A stretch of 64,000 nt of DNA. Origin: a virus. The notes beneath the pieces were generated by a model. It made no database searches and was not told where the DNA came from. It was given only the letters and a program-made list of their open reading frames with translations. The position numbers and the translations under genes are program-made. Below, in pieces: positions 19,101 through 27,426 of the stretch (position 1 is the stretch's first letter; each line of letters begins with the position of its first letter). Location of the stretch: positions 37,736-101,735 of IMG/VR virus record IMGVR_UViG_3300012036_000004. One strand, 5' to 3'.

Positions 19101-19396
19101 ACTACCTGCCGGGGGCGACTTTCGTCGTGCTGTACCCCAAGAAGATTGCCGAGATTCTCAAGTACAACGCCAACTACCGCCACTCCACGAACGCCAACCA
19201 GATCTTCAATCACCTCAAAAGAAACCCCGAGGTGAAATACGATCCGCCGTTCTTCAACGGGAGCAAAAAGACGATGCAGCACCTGCGTCAGTTTATGCCG
19301 AGTGTCCGCGCTGAGGATCTTCTCGCGGTGTCATTCCAGGCATTGGACTTCGACAAAGCGCCGCTCCTGCCCCCTGACCCGGACACCGTACTATGA
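16109..19396 (+). CDS. DNA primase-helicase (Zn finger + TOPRIM + P-loop ATPase)
   Basis: CMFPGH...CFSC, VVEGEFD, GDNDAGG, DPDD; C-terminal APSQSGKST and LEEFE. Confidence 0.85.
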   Translation: MSKSYKVLSRQEKSKMLADVGIEDVLALCQEARPSHQCERHGNRIRSRCMFPGHSDANPSMDIVFTEGRVFAKCFSCGQYESDGFRIVEHITGIHAVSRLYAEIFGQRFGLKVDAELDDALVQEDLFSHFKNSVLRAGEHLLVNASSTKSKEYTYAQSAITYLAQRGFPATTFLTLGIGIFPTLEHFAQHADQDAQITIGEYFGPRVFEQKPKAVGRYGGWLMFPYYTSPTTIGRLKLRDPKNKDNEVWLGIHKEETRGFFGLNQFTTLVGKDLKEAKTAYVVEGEFDQLAMLQAQLNLNPNQQHIVLGGSGSAPTSLDILADSRISRVTLVGDNDAGGDQFVRRILEVSEQERIHDFGVYDWSTLQTYGDPDDVVQGGDYPDLIHGLTTRSDVKELHMWAMDTALKEIATLSSPSSVEKIDVLDKGCAFIKNDVERGLYVSEVSATTGLDGGVLSKHMISIDTERGFLVALERKLGEHASPVAMKNSETALMFCRNSNEIFEVNLKKPRDIELALQMQVFGCTTYDFVEENIGIPDRVRYTQGKVPTERPINHQAKDLSGHVDLAVQNFVAGSKPLSKYRVRRQGVHWSDVTEDPVRAEGLPSSAPARCVYVVNGHLRLMGTPGSNGLMYYEELSEPVHGLNLLWGDDEPWSAMLTSADSANKKPKHTRKEVYELLLDVVDGWAFERHDLVRHFWAAYIMMLTHCDIFENLPYVLLNAPSQSGKSTMLKGVLRGEDPGEIGLIEHSRGYDDYTAAAVMQHAEGSPILMGLEEFEAADDASRNDSKARAVRAILASVRNASGRKGMQRSRGGRYGTPSDTHLRFPISGAAIQPLQEEADRNRWFTFELTQQPGKLPPEAYIRQKLGWDGVSDLRESILLNSLQHAHRDYLSEQDILQNVWDKDVLTTRSTRGAKSVAPILTIMKDVEVDYLSWGQTFLDWRSDLLRASNTSAERTMFLAVFETNAITIPNEFQRRSLINILANPDLRNHLSYADCGAYYLPGATFVVLYPKKIAEILKYNANYRHSTNANQIFNHLKRNPEVKYDPPFFNGSKKTMQHLRQFMPSVRAEDLLAVSFQALDFDKAPLLPPDPDTVL

Positions 19397-19749
19397 CCAC
19401 CCTCAAAGAGAGCATGGACACCGAGAAGCTGAACAATCAGCTCCTCAACCTGACCAACGACCTCAACGGAGTCCTTGGTCTTCGAGCCCTATCTTCCACC
19501 GCCGCCGAGATATGGGTCACTGGTGGCAGCACCAAAAACGAGGTGCTCGCCCGCGCCGAAGAGCATGAAGAGCTGGCTGACGTAGACTTCACCTTCCGAG
19601 AAGAAGTCGACGAAGCCTACTCGCCCGGCGGCGCCACTGACCGACCTCGAACCTGGGAACCTAAAAATGACGACCGAGACAACGACACCGACCCCTTCGA
19701 AGAACTACTCGAGCGCGATCCAAGCAGCCCCCGCACGGTGGACGAGTAA
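19393..19749 (+). CDS. Hypothetical protein
   Basis: ATGA-coupled to primase; overlaps the polymerase start. Confidence 0.5.
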   Translation: MTTLKESMDTEKLNNQLLNLTNDLNGVLGLRALSSTAAEIWVTGGSTKNEVLARAEEHEELADVDFTFREEVDEAYSPGGATDRPRTWEPKNDDRDNDTDPFEELLERDPSSPRTVDE

Positions 19750-22700
19750 CCAAAAGGGGACCTTCTGTAGTACCTGCCCCAACAAAGACGCTTCGTGCCT
19801 GCTGATGGGCCGCTGGTTGAGTCAGGCGAGCATGACCATCATCCTGGCATCGCCGGGGCAAGAATCCATCGACCGTGTGCAGCCGCTGGGGAGCCGAGAC
19901 GAAGCAATCATCGCGCAGCTCATGCAGAACCTGACCGAGAAGCACGGTACAGCCATCGCCTACAACATCGTGTATTTGACAGGAGCAGAATCCCGAAAAG
20001 CCCCCGGCAAAGAGGTGATCGCTGCTTGCTCGCAGTACATGAACCAGAAGCTGCTCGACGCGCGTCGACAATTCGAACACGGCCCGCATGCAGGTCGAAA
20101 CCACGTCCTGGTTCCGCTGGGAAAAGCCTGCACGCAGGCACTTCTTCCTGACGTACGAACCCTCAAAGAGGTTCGCGGAAAAACTGTCGCCACCGAATTC
20201 GGTGGGTACGAGTGGTTGGTCTGTCCGACGTTCAGCAGAGCGCAGCTCTACGTCAAGCCGGGCTACGCTCGAGTGATGAGTCACGACATCTCCAAAGCCT
20301 ACACGCTGTCCCTCAAAGAGGGGCGCGAGGATAAGGTCGACGTCCACTCACTGACGACCGACTACATCATTCCGCAGAACATCGAAGAGGTGCGCGACGT
20401 TTGCACTGACCTGCTCGAGCGTATCGAATCTGGCGACATCACTGCGATGAGCGTCGACATCGAGACGAACACCAAGAACCCGTATCGCACTGACGGTCAC
20501 ACCTCGGTCGTCTCGCTGGCCTGGGACAAGGGGCAGGCTACCGCCATCCTCCTTGACCACCCTCGCTCCTACTACGACGCCGAAGAAGCGTGGGAAGCTG
20601 TGATTCCCATCCTGGAAAGCGACGTCAAGAAAATCTTCCACAACGGAAAGTTCGATCTCCAGTTCCTGCGAAACCGCAAAGGACTCAAGGTCCCCAACCT
20701 GTGGTGGGATACCATTCTTGCCGAGCACTTCCTCGACGAGGACAAGAGCGGTGTCTACGGCCTCAAAGAGGTCATCGGGCTCTACGCTCCCCGTTACATG
20801 GGCTACGAGAAAGAACTTCGAGCGAACTTCGTCAAGAAGGCGCTGGCCGAAGCTAAGGGTCTCGGAGAAGACGAAGACCGCGAACCCGACCACGAAGAAT
20901 CATGGGAGATCATGCCCTTCTTCGCTGACCTCGAATACAAGCCAGTTGCCGAAGACGACAGCATCGACTGGGAAAGTCTTGGAGAGGACGTCCGTATTGA
21001 ACTCTTCGAGAACGAAGTGATTTACCTCAACGCGCACCGCGACGGCGAGAAGAAGTCGAAGACTCGCGCACGAGGTCGCATCCGACGGCGCTGCAAGAAG
21101 TACGACCTCGACCCGCCTGACACCGTCAACGACCGCTCCTTCGACGTCGGCGACAATGGCTACGACGACATCCCGGTCGACATGCTCCTGTGGTACGCCG
21201 CAGTCGACGCTGACGTAACGAGACAGGTATGCGCCGGGCAACGCATGATTGCCGCCCGACGCCAGCGAGACCTGGGCATGACCACGCCGAATGTCACGCT
21301 CCAACGAGACCTGGAGAACGTGATGGCCGACCTGTACGTGCCTGGAACGGATTCACTGTCCACCATGTCGTATCGAGGCACCAAGCTCGACTACGATCTG
21401 CTCGACCAATACGAAGAAGAGATCGGCCAACTTCGAGACGACACACTTCGCATCATCCGAGAGATGGTGTGCCAGCCCGAGTTCAATCCGAACTCCAGCG
21501 CCGAGATGGCAGACCTGGTGGTCAACGTCTTGAGCATCGACCCCGATGCGTTCACCTACACTGCCACGGGAGCCATCAGCGTCACGGACGCCTGGTTGGC
21601 TACACAGCAGGAAGAGTGCGCCGACGAGTTCACGCAGGAAGTCATCTACTACATACGCCTTTACAAGAAGGCAGCGAAGACGATCTCGTCATTCCTCGCG
21701 AAGTTCCGTCGGTTGACTCAGTACGACGGACGTATCCACACCTCGTTCAATCTGAACGGAACCGCGACTGGTCGGCTGTCTTCTTCGTCGCCCAACCTGC
21801 AGAACGTTCCACTGTGGATGTGTCGATTCCCGCCGCACCCCAAGTTCACGAAGGTCTCGAGCCCGGGGTGGAACATCAAGGCATTGTTCATCCCGAGCGA
21901 GCCCGGAAAAGTGTACTTCCAGCTCGATATCTCGGCAGCCGAGATTCGCGTGCTCTGCGCCTACGCAGGCGACGAGCGTCTGATTTCGGCGCTCAAAGCT
22001 GGTCAGGATATTCACTCCTTCGTGGCCTCGCACGTGTTCGACCATACCTACGAAGAGTTCGTGGCTGGAAAGGACACCGACCCCGACCTCAAGCTGAAGC
22101 GAACCGCTACCAAACGCGTGGTGTTCGGCCTGATTTACGGCGCCGGTCCCTACAAGATTGCCGAGCAGATCTACGGCGGTCTGGCTACCGACGAAGCCGA
22201 GCGTGAAACGCAGATTGCCTTCGCGCAGTCTGTCATGGACATGGTCTTCGAGCGCTTCCCGAAGATTCAGGAGTACATCTCCAAGACCATCGCGGAGGTC
22301 CAACTGTTCGACCAGGTCCGAACGTACTTCGGGCGACGTCGTCGCTTCGACCTTCGAAACGCCTCCTGGAAGGAAGCTCGGAAGAGCGAGCGCCAGGCGG
22401 TCAACTTCAAAATCCAATCGTCGGCTTCTGACATCGTCCTCTCGCAGCTCTGTGCGGTCGAGCAAGCCATCAAAGAGATTAGCGGAGAAGTGCTCCTCAC
22501 GGTGCATGACTCCATCGCCGGGGAAATCGATGTCGACAAGGTGCCACTGATGCGTGCCTTCTTCGACCACTATGTCGTGGACGAAGTGAAGCGAAAGTTC
22601 CCCTGGCTGCCCGTTCCGTTCGCCTACGACCTCGAAGTTGGACCTTCGTATGGTGAGCTCGTCGACTTCGGCCTGCTCGAATCCGATCCGGACGACATCC

Positions 22701-22774
22701 CGGACTACGTCCTCAAGAAAGCCCGTCCTCGCATGGAGCGGGCAGGGCTCACCTTCTTCTCGGAGACCGCCTGA
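19667..22774 (+). CDS. polA: Family A DNA polymerase with 3'-5' exonuclease and N-terminal UDG-like domain
   Basis: Exo motifs VDIET, FHNGKFD, YAAVDAD. Pol motifs TGRLSSSSPNLQN, DISAAEIR, RTATKRVVFGLIYG, VNFKIQS, VHDS. N-terminal CSTC...LASPG...VPLGK...PTFS resembles family-4 UDG. Confidence 0.93.
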   Translation: MTTETTTPTPSKNYSSAIQAAPARWTSNQKGTFCSTCPNKDASCLLMGRWLSQASMTIILASPGQESIDRVQPLGSRDEAIIAQLMQNLTEKHGTAIAYNIVYLTGAESRKAPGKEVIAACSQYMNQKLLDARRQFEHGPHAGRNHVLVPLGKACTQALLPDVRTLKEVRGKTVATEFGGYEWLVCPTFSRAQLYVKPGYARVMSHDISKAYTLSLKEGREDKVDVHSLTTDYIIPQNIEEVRDVCTDLLERIESGDITAMSVDIETNTKNPYRTDGHTSVVSLAWDKGQATAILLDHPRSYYDAEEAWEAVIPILESDVKKIFHNGKFDLQFLRNRKGLKVPNLWWDTILAEHFLDEDKSGVYGLKEVIGLYAPRYMGYEKELRANFVKKALAEAKGLGEDEDREPDHEESWEIMPFFADLEYKPVAEDDSIDWESLGEDVRIELFENEVIYLNAHRDGEKKSKTRARGRIRRRCKKYDLDPPDTVNDRSFDVGDNGYDDIPVDMLLWYAAVDADVTRQVCAGQRMIAARRQRDLGMTTPNVTLQRDLENVMADLYVPGTDSLSTMSYRGTKLDYDLLDQYEEEIGQLRDDTLRIIREMVCQPEFNPNSSAEMADLVVNVLSIDPDAFTYTATGAISVTDAWLATQQEECADEFTQEVIYYIRLYKKAAKTISSFLAKFRRLTQYDGRIHTSFNLNGTATGRLSSSSPNLQNVPLWMCRFPPHPKFTKVSSPGWNIKALFIPSEPGKVYFQLDISAAEIRVLCAYAGDERLISALKAGQDIHSFVASHVFDHTYEEFVAGKDTDPDLKLKRTATKRVVFGLIYGAGPYKIAEQIYGGLATDEAERETQIAFAQSVMDMVFERFPKIQEYISKTIAEVQLFDQVRTYFGRRRRFDLRNASWKEARKSERQAVNFKIQSSASDIVLSQLCAVEQAIKEISGEVLLTVHDSIAGEIDVDKVPLMRAFFDHYVVDEVKRKFPWLPVPFAYDLEVGPSYGELVDFGLLESDPDDIPDYVLKKARPRMERAGLTFFSETA

Positions 22775-23070
22775 TGCCTATTTACGCCCTCGCCATGGAG
22801 ACACCCGGTCGCTACATAGTCGGCCAGAGCAGTGCCGCCCCTGACGCTATCCTGTCGACGAACACCGTCGCTCTTCAGGACGCCGCTCACCTCACGGTGC
22901 TCAAAGAACAGAGCATCCTGACGCCGATCGACGTGCTCGATAACTTCCACGCGAAGGTGTCGAGCTACATTGGCTTCGGGGTGCTCAACGAAGACTTCAG
23001 TTCCATCTACGAGTCGTGGCTCGAGATGCACAAAAATCCGCCGGATTTTGAGGTACAAGAGGGTGAATGA
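22774..23070 (+). CDS. Hypothetical protein
   Basis: 98 aa, TGATG-coupled to the polymerase; its stop overlaps the first array inverted repeat. Confidence 0.65.
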   Translation: MPIYALAMETPGRYIVGQSSAAPDAILSTNTVALQDAAHLTVLKEQSILTPIDVLDNFHAKVSSYIGFGVLNEDFSSIYESWLEMHKNPPDFEVQEGE

Positions 23071-23205
23071 ACTAGTACAGACACTTAGCTGTGGGCGATG
23101 TTTCGTCGCCATATCATAGCAGTACTTTAGTACTGGCCGCCGGCTTGAAGCCGAGCACCAGGCCGCCTCGAGCTCACTACTTCGGCGGAAATGGTAGTTC
23201 ATTCA
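23064..23205 (+). ncRNA. Retron-like msr/msd cassette 1
   Basis: IR TGAATGAACTA (23064-74)/TAGTTCATTCA (23195-205), G23075, conserved hairpin 23094-110, hairpin CAGTAC-ttta-GTACTG. Confidence 0.65.
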
Positions 23206-23212
23206 TACGCAC

Positions 23213-23325
23213 GCGCTAGACACTGAGGTGATCAAGGACGATCCCTCGAGGCGATGTTTCGTCGCCACATTTTGTTTCACTATCTCTTCACCTGGTTTAG
23301 CAACCAGGTGTAGAATTAGTAGCGC
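23213..23325 (+). ncRNA. Retron-like msr/msd cassette 2
   Basis: IR GCGCTA/TAGCGC, G23219, conserved hairpin 23250-266, hairpin CACCTGGTT-tagc-AACCAGGTG. Confidence 0.58.
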
Positions 23326-23328
23326 ACT

Positions 23329-23483
23329 TGAGTTGGCACCGATCTCGGTGGGCGATGTTTCGTCGCCATATGAAGTAGGACCGGGAGCAAACGCGAGCGA
23401 GGTCTTCCTGGCCACGCGGTTTTCGTCGCATACGCTCCTCAACCCAGCTAGGCCTGGAAGACCAGGCTCAGCACAGCAACTCA
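23329..23483 (+). ncRNA. Retron-like msr/msd cassette 3
   Basis: IR TGAGTTG/CAACTCA, G23336, hairpin CACCGA-tc-TCGGTG, conserved hairpin 23351-367, long stem GGTCTTCCTGGCC...GGCCTGGAAGACC. Confidence 0.62.
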
Positions 23484-23484
23484 C

Positions 23485-23600
23485 CTCTGATTGGCTCCCG
23501 TTTGTGGAGGGCGATGTTTCGTCGCCATATCTCCCAGACACTTTCGTGTCTGAGCTTTTCTCGAGCTCCTCCGGGAGCTGCGTGATCATGGCAATCAGAG
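23485..23600 (+). ncRNA. Retron-like msr/msd cassette 4
   Basis: IR CTCTGATTG/CAATCAGAG, G23494, hairpin CTCC...GGAG, conserved hairpin 23510-526, hairpins CAGACAC-tttc-GTGTCTG and AGCTCC-tccg-GGAGCT. Confidence 0.63.
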
Positions 23601-25190
23601 AGACATTGGGTAGAACGCTACCTGACCGGTGGCAATCTGCATCGCAAGGCGCCCGAATACCTGGGCGTGAAGAGCATCGTCAGGGGTGGCCGGGAAGCAG
23701 TTCCAAACCCGGCGCCCCTGACCCTGTTTCGTAACTTCCTCATACTCAGCGAGGATATCCTGAATCGCGAGCTTCATCTGCTTCTGCTTCGCAAAGACGA
23801 CGCGGCCTCGCTTGTAGTCCATCATCATCGAATCGATGGCTGCCGTCCGGTCCGCCATATACCGATCTGTGTTGTTCCATCGGAGCATCTTCGAGATCGA
23901 GCCGTACTGAATCTGAACGACCTTGTTTGCCCCAAGCGCGTCGACCAGCATTGCGTTGGAGACTGCGCCAACTCCGGCGTCACCAGCGACCAGAGAGACC
24001 TTGTAGTCTCGACAGATCTCGATGATTTCCTTCACATCATTAACCGGGTTCGAGGTCGGGAAGATGTGGTAGTACAGCGTCTTCATCTGGCCGTTCGGCA
24101 GCAAACCCCAGACGTGAATCGCTGTTCGAGACGTGAACGTCGAGGAGCCGCCTCCCGACCAGTCGACCCCTGCGACAATCTTCGAGACATGCTTGAAGAT
24201 TTTGGGGTCTGGCTTGCGCTCAATCGTGTAGTTCCGGCAGAGCGCTTCGAGCTCTTCGAGCGACACCATGCGCGTGCCGATCGCGTCGCTCATCCCCAGT
24301 ACCTCGTTCCTGAACTGCGAGTCTGGGTAGGTGTTGTACTTGTGAAGGATACGGTCCCACCGGGCCTGCACCTCATTGTTCTGTGGCATGATGAGCTGCG
24401 GGATGTGGAACCCGCGGACGTAGGCGCCCGGATTCATGCTGTACCACTGCCCGTCTCGAGGCCGCAGCTTCTTGCCGCAGTTGACGCAGATAACGCCCGA
24501 CTTACCGATCGAGCGGACCGTGGTCACGTAGTTCCATTTGTTGCACCCCGTGCACTTCATCATCCACACGTCTTGCGTGGATTGCTGCCAAAGGAACTCC
24601 ATGGTGTTTTCCATCGACTTCGGTGTCCCGAAGTACCAGGTCCACCCGTGCTCCGACTCTGCCATGCACTCGTTGACGACCGGCACCACCGACTTGTAAA
24701 TGATGTCCTGGACCTCGTCCCATACGACCTGGTCCGCCGAGACGCCACGTGCGCGGTCCGGGTCGTCCTGGGCGTACGAAAGCACGACCTCCGACCCGTT
24801 CGAGAAGTGTTTCATCAGCACGTTCATCGGCATCGATGTGCTGGTGTAATTCTTGGAGATCAACGGAGAATAGGTGATCGCCTTCTGGAGACGGGAGTGC
24901 GAAAACCGAGTCGTCTGCTGCTGTGTAGGCGACACAAACAGCGTTCGAAAGTAGTCCTGCGAAACCGAGTTCGTCAGGATCATGTTGCAGCCAGTAGTCG
25001 ACTTAGCGACCTGGCGGCCGCATTTCATCACCAGCTCTTGGTGGTACCCATCGTAGATGTCTCGGTAAAACGGGTAGTTCTCAAACGAGAACTTCTTCCC
25101 GTCCAGTACCACCATAGCTTCCGTGAGTTGAGACCGGGTAAACTGCCCGACACTCTCTTCCTCGCGTCTAATCGACTGGAACACACTCAT
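23595..25190 (-). CDS. terL: Terminase large subunit (lambda gpA-like)
   Basis: MKCGRQVAKS (Walker A), RARG...VVWDEVQD (Walker B), FGTP, CTGC...CVNC, AGVDW, DDALHA. Likely start ATG 25190; the ORF extends to 25292. Confidence 0.9.
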   Translation of the reverse strand: MSVFQSIRREEESVGQFTRSQLTEAMVVLDGKKFSFENYPFYRDIYDGYHQELVMKCGRQVAKSTTGCNMILTNSVSQDYFRTLFVSPTQQQTTRFSHSRLQKAITYSPLISKNYTSTSMPMNVLMKHFSNGSEVVLSYAQDDPDRARGVSADQVVWDEVQDIIYKSVVPVVNECMAESEHGWTWYFGTPKSMENTMEFLWQQSTQDVWMMKCTGCNKWNYVTTVRSIGKSGVICVNCGKKLRPRDGQWYSMNPGAYVRGFHIPQLIMPQNNEVQARWDRILHKYNTYPDSQFRNEVLGMSDAIGTRMVSLEELEALCRNYTIERKPDPKIFKHVSKIVAGVDWSGGGSSTFTSRTAIHVWGLLPNGQMKTLYYHIFPTSNPVNDVKEIIEICRDYKVSLVAGDAGVGAVSNAMLVDALGANKVVQIQYGSISKMLRWNNTDRYMADRTAAIDSMMMDYKRGRVVFAKQKQMKLAIQDILAEYEEVTKQGQGRRVWNCFPATPDDALHAQVFGRLAMQIATGQVAFYPMSL

Positions 25191-25386
25191 GAAACTACTC
25201 AAGTTTGCAATTCTAGCGTGGGCAGCGATCGCGCTTCTCGGCGCGTGCATTGCCCACCCGGGTCTCGTGTTCCTGCTTATCATCGCAGGCACGCTTTACG
25301 GCCTGTTCACTCTCACGTTTGGGTCTCTCGATTACTGGCGTCGTTACCACGACCACGTATACGGAGACTCGAGCGATCACCAATAA
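25189..25386 (+). CDS. Small membrane protein
   Basis: 65 aa with two hydrophobic segments. Confidence 0.55.
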   Translation: MKLLKFAILAWAAIALLGACIAHPGLVFLLIIAGTLYGLFTLTFGSLDYWRRYHDHVYGDSSDHQ

Positions 25387-25413
25387 CCACACATTCGTGC
25401 AGTAGGGAAAACC

Positions 25414-26760
25414 ATGACACAAGCATCACCATCCAGCAACAAGACGCTCGACTACGCAGAGGAGATCGGCCTGGTTCCGGTGAGCCTCAAGACGGCCGCC
25501 TGGGTCATCCAGCTCTGTGCATACGACAGGCACGTGCCGCTTCTCATCGGCGAAACATCGACCGGCAAGACGGCCATTCTACGTCAGCTCGCTGAGTACA
25601 ACGAGCTCGACTTCCTCTTCTACGGTCTGGCGCACAAGGAGGCGTCTGATCTCACCGGTCCGATGATGCCTTCTTCGGACGGCGTCACCTTCCAGCACCT
25701 GCCGCCGGCGAACATCCCCATCAAGGGACACGCCGGCGAGGACCGGTTCGTCATGATGGACCTGGCAGAGGTGAACCGTGCCGACAGCACCGTGCACAAT
25801 GCTGCCTTCCAGGTATGGACCGACCGACAGCTCGGCACGCACGAGCTCGGAGAGAATGTCATCGTCGTCTCCGATATGAACCCCCCGGACGGTGACTACG
25901 CCGTCACGTCGAGCTTCAGCAGTGACCCGGCCATGCGTCGGCGTACCTGCCAGATCGTCGTCAACTTCTCGGTCAACGATCTGTTGGCATGGGCGAAGGA
26001 CCCTGCGTCTGCGACGCAATTCAACATGCCGAAGCTCAGCGAAGACGGCGTTCTCGAGCCGGTAGGTTTACACCGTAAACGCCCGTGGCATCCGAGCGTT
26101 GTTGAGTTCCTGCAAGCCAACGTCGACATCGCGCTGGACAGACAGGCGCGCGACGCGGGCAAGATATTCGCCTGCCCGTCGACTTGGCACGCCTGCTCCG
26201 ATACGCTCTACACGTTGGAGCGTCTCGAGATCGACACATCCAGCGCCAGTATGCAGCTTGCTCTTCTGACCAAGCTCGCCGGTCACATCGGTCACACGCA
26301 CGCCAAGTCGCTGCTCGAGTACCACAACCGTGAGGCGTCGGCGCTCGATCCGCGCGACATGCTCCTGCACTTCGCTGATGAGGATAATCGCTCTTGCCGA
26401 CGCGTCGAGAAGCTGCTCGAAGCCGGACATGCCGGTCACGTCGCCGGTGCGCTCAACAACCTGGCCATCGTGTGGGCTGAAGGTGTCGAGGCCGAAGAAT
26501 TCACGTCAGAAGACTGTGCACCGCACCTCGCCAAGATCTTCAACATGGTCCCGACCGACGTCGGCGGGCAGCTGTTGGACGCCATCGTAGACGCAGACTC
26601 AAAGGTCGGCGCGAGTACGGGCGGGCCTTCTCAGCGCTCCACCGGTCTTGTCCGTCTGCTGCACAAACAGCCAGCGTTCAAAGAGTTTCGGGATCGTCGC
26701 ACGGAGAACCTGCGCGACAAACAGCAGCGCGAGCGCGTCGCTGAGGAAGGCCTAGAGTAA
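25414..26760 (+). CDS. MoxR-like AAA+ ATPase
   Basis: LLIGETSTGKT, DLTG, MMDLAEVNRA, MNP, DPAMRRR, PSTW. Confidence 0.8.
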   Translation: MTQASPSSNKTLDYAEEIGLVPVSLKTAAWVIQLCAYDRHVPLLIGETSTGKTAILRQLAEYNELDFLFYGLAHKEASDLTGPMMPSSDGVTFQHLPPANIPIKGHAGEDRFVMMDLAEVNRADSTVHNAAFQVWTDRQLGTHELGENVIVVSDMNPPDGDYAVTSSFSSDPAMRRRTCQIVVNFSVNDLLAWAKDPASATQFNMPKLSEDGVLEPVGLHRKRPWHPSVVEFLQANVDIALDRQARDAGKIFACPSTWHACSDTLYTLERLEIDTSSASMQLALLTKLAGHIGHTHAKSLLEYHNREASALDPRDMLLHFADEDNRSCRRVEKLLEAGHAGHVAGALNNLAIVWAEGVEAEEFTSEDCAPHLAKIFNMVPTDVGGQLLDAIVDADSKVGASTGGPSQRSTGLVRLLHKQPAFKEFRDRRTENLRDKQQRERVAEEGLE

Positions 26761-27426
26761 CCGCTGGAGCTGACGTTCGTGCATCTGCTCGCGCTTCTCG
26801 ACGTACGTCTCTACGGCGTGCATGAGAGCGAGTTGGATGCCGATCGCATCCTCTCCGAACTCAATCTCGCGTGGGTCGAGGCCTTTCTGCTCGCCCCACG
26901 CTTTTTTTACCTCGGCTCGAAGCTTCGAGCATTCAGGCGTGAGCTCGTCGAGTCGGTCTTCGCAAAACGAAAGACTCGGCGGCACGCACACCATGCCGTG
27001 CGCCTGACACATCACAGCCGTGTAGCCTACGGGCTCGTAGTCTAGCCAATCTACGATGGATTCATTGACCAGATCCGCGACGATGGTGTCTGCCTCTCGG
27101 ACAGCCCACGCAATCTCAGCGGGTGCGACAGGTTGGAGACTTCCGGACTCTGCCTCTTTTCCGTTGAACGCGACGATCGTGTTCTCAAACGTCATCGCCT
27201 CGTACATGAAGCGCCCGTCGCCGCGAAGTGCCAGTGCAGCGTAGAGCTCTTCCCAGTTCTGAGAAGGGACGTCGAGCTGCATGTGATTGCACTCAAGCTC
27301 GAGCGTCTCGTACTCGTACTCCTGCAGAGGAGAGCCGAACAACGCCAGCGCGCTCATGTAGACAATGGAGGCGCTGGTGTCGACGTCTTGCAGCAGCCGT
27401 TTTGCGGCTCGCTGTCGTCGGCTCAC
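26752..27426 (-). CDS. Hypothetical protein
   Basis: 224 aa, coupled to the upstream minus-strand gene. Confidence 0.7.
   Translation of the reverse strand: MSRRQRAAKRLLQDVDTSASIVYMSALALFGSPLQEYEYETLELECNHMQLDVPSQNWEELYAALALRGDGRFMYEAMTFENTIVAFNGKEAESGSLQPVAPAEIAWAVREADTIVADLVNESIVDWLDYEPVGYTAVMCQAHGMVCVPPSLSFCEDRLDELTPECSKLRAEVKKAWGEQKGLDPREIEFGEDAIGIQLALMHAVETYVEKREQMHERQLQRLL

Larger units (their letters stand above)
23064..23600 (+). repeat. Tandem array of four structured cassettes sharing GGCGATGTTTCGTCGCC
   Basis: Exact 17-mer at 23094, 23250, 23351 and 23510, each followed by AYAT; fills the gap between convergent genes. Confidence 0.95.

Noticed and set aside
23414-23431. Fifth repeat copy (GCGGTTTTCGTCGCA)
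   Set aside because: Only a partial match, lies inside the long stem of cassette 3 and has no flanking inverted repeat of its own.
23094-23530. CRISPR array interpretation of the 17-mer repeats
   Set aside because: The repeat is short, the intervals are long and uneven (start-to-start 156, 101, 159 nt) and internally structured, and there is no cas1/cas2 or effector gene in the window.
23094-23530. Hammerhead ribozymes (minus strand contains CGAAAC)
   Set aside because: No CUGANGA core at the required position, and the G-U pair favours the plus strand.
23203-23734. ORFs 23203-23589 (-) and 23228-23734 (+) across the array
   Set aside because: Their repeated peptides simply reflect the DNA repeat, there is no RBS or protein motif, and the region is better explained as structured RNA.
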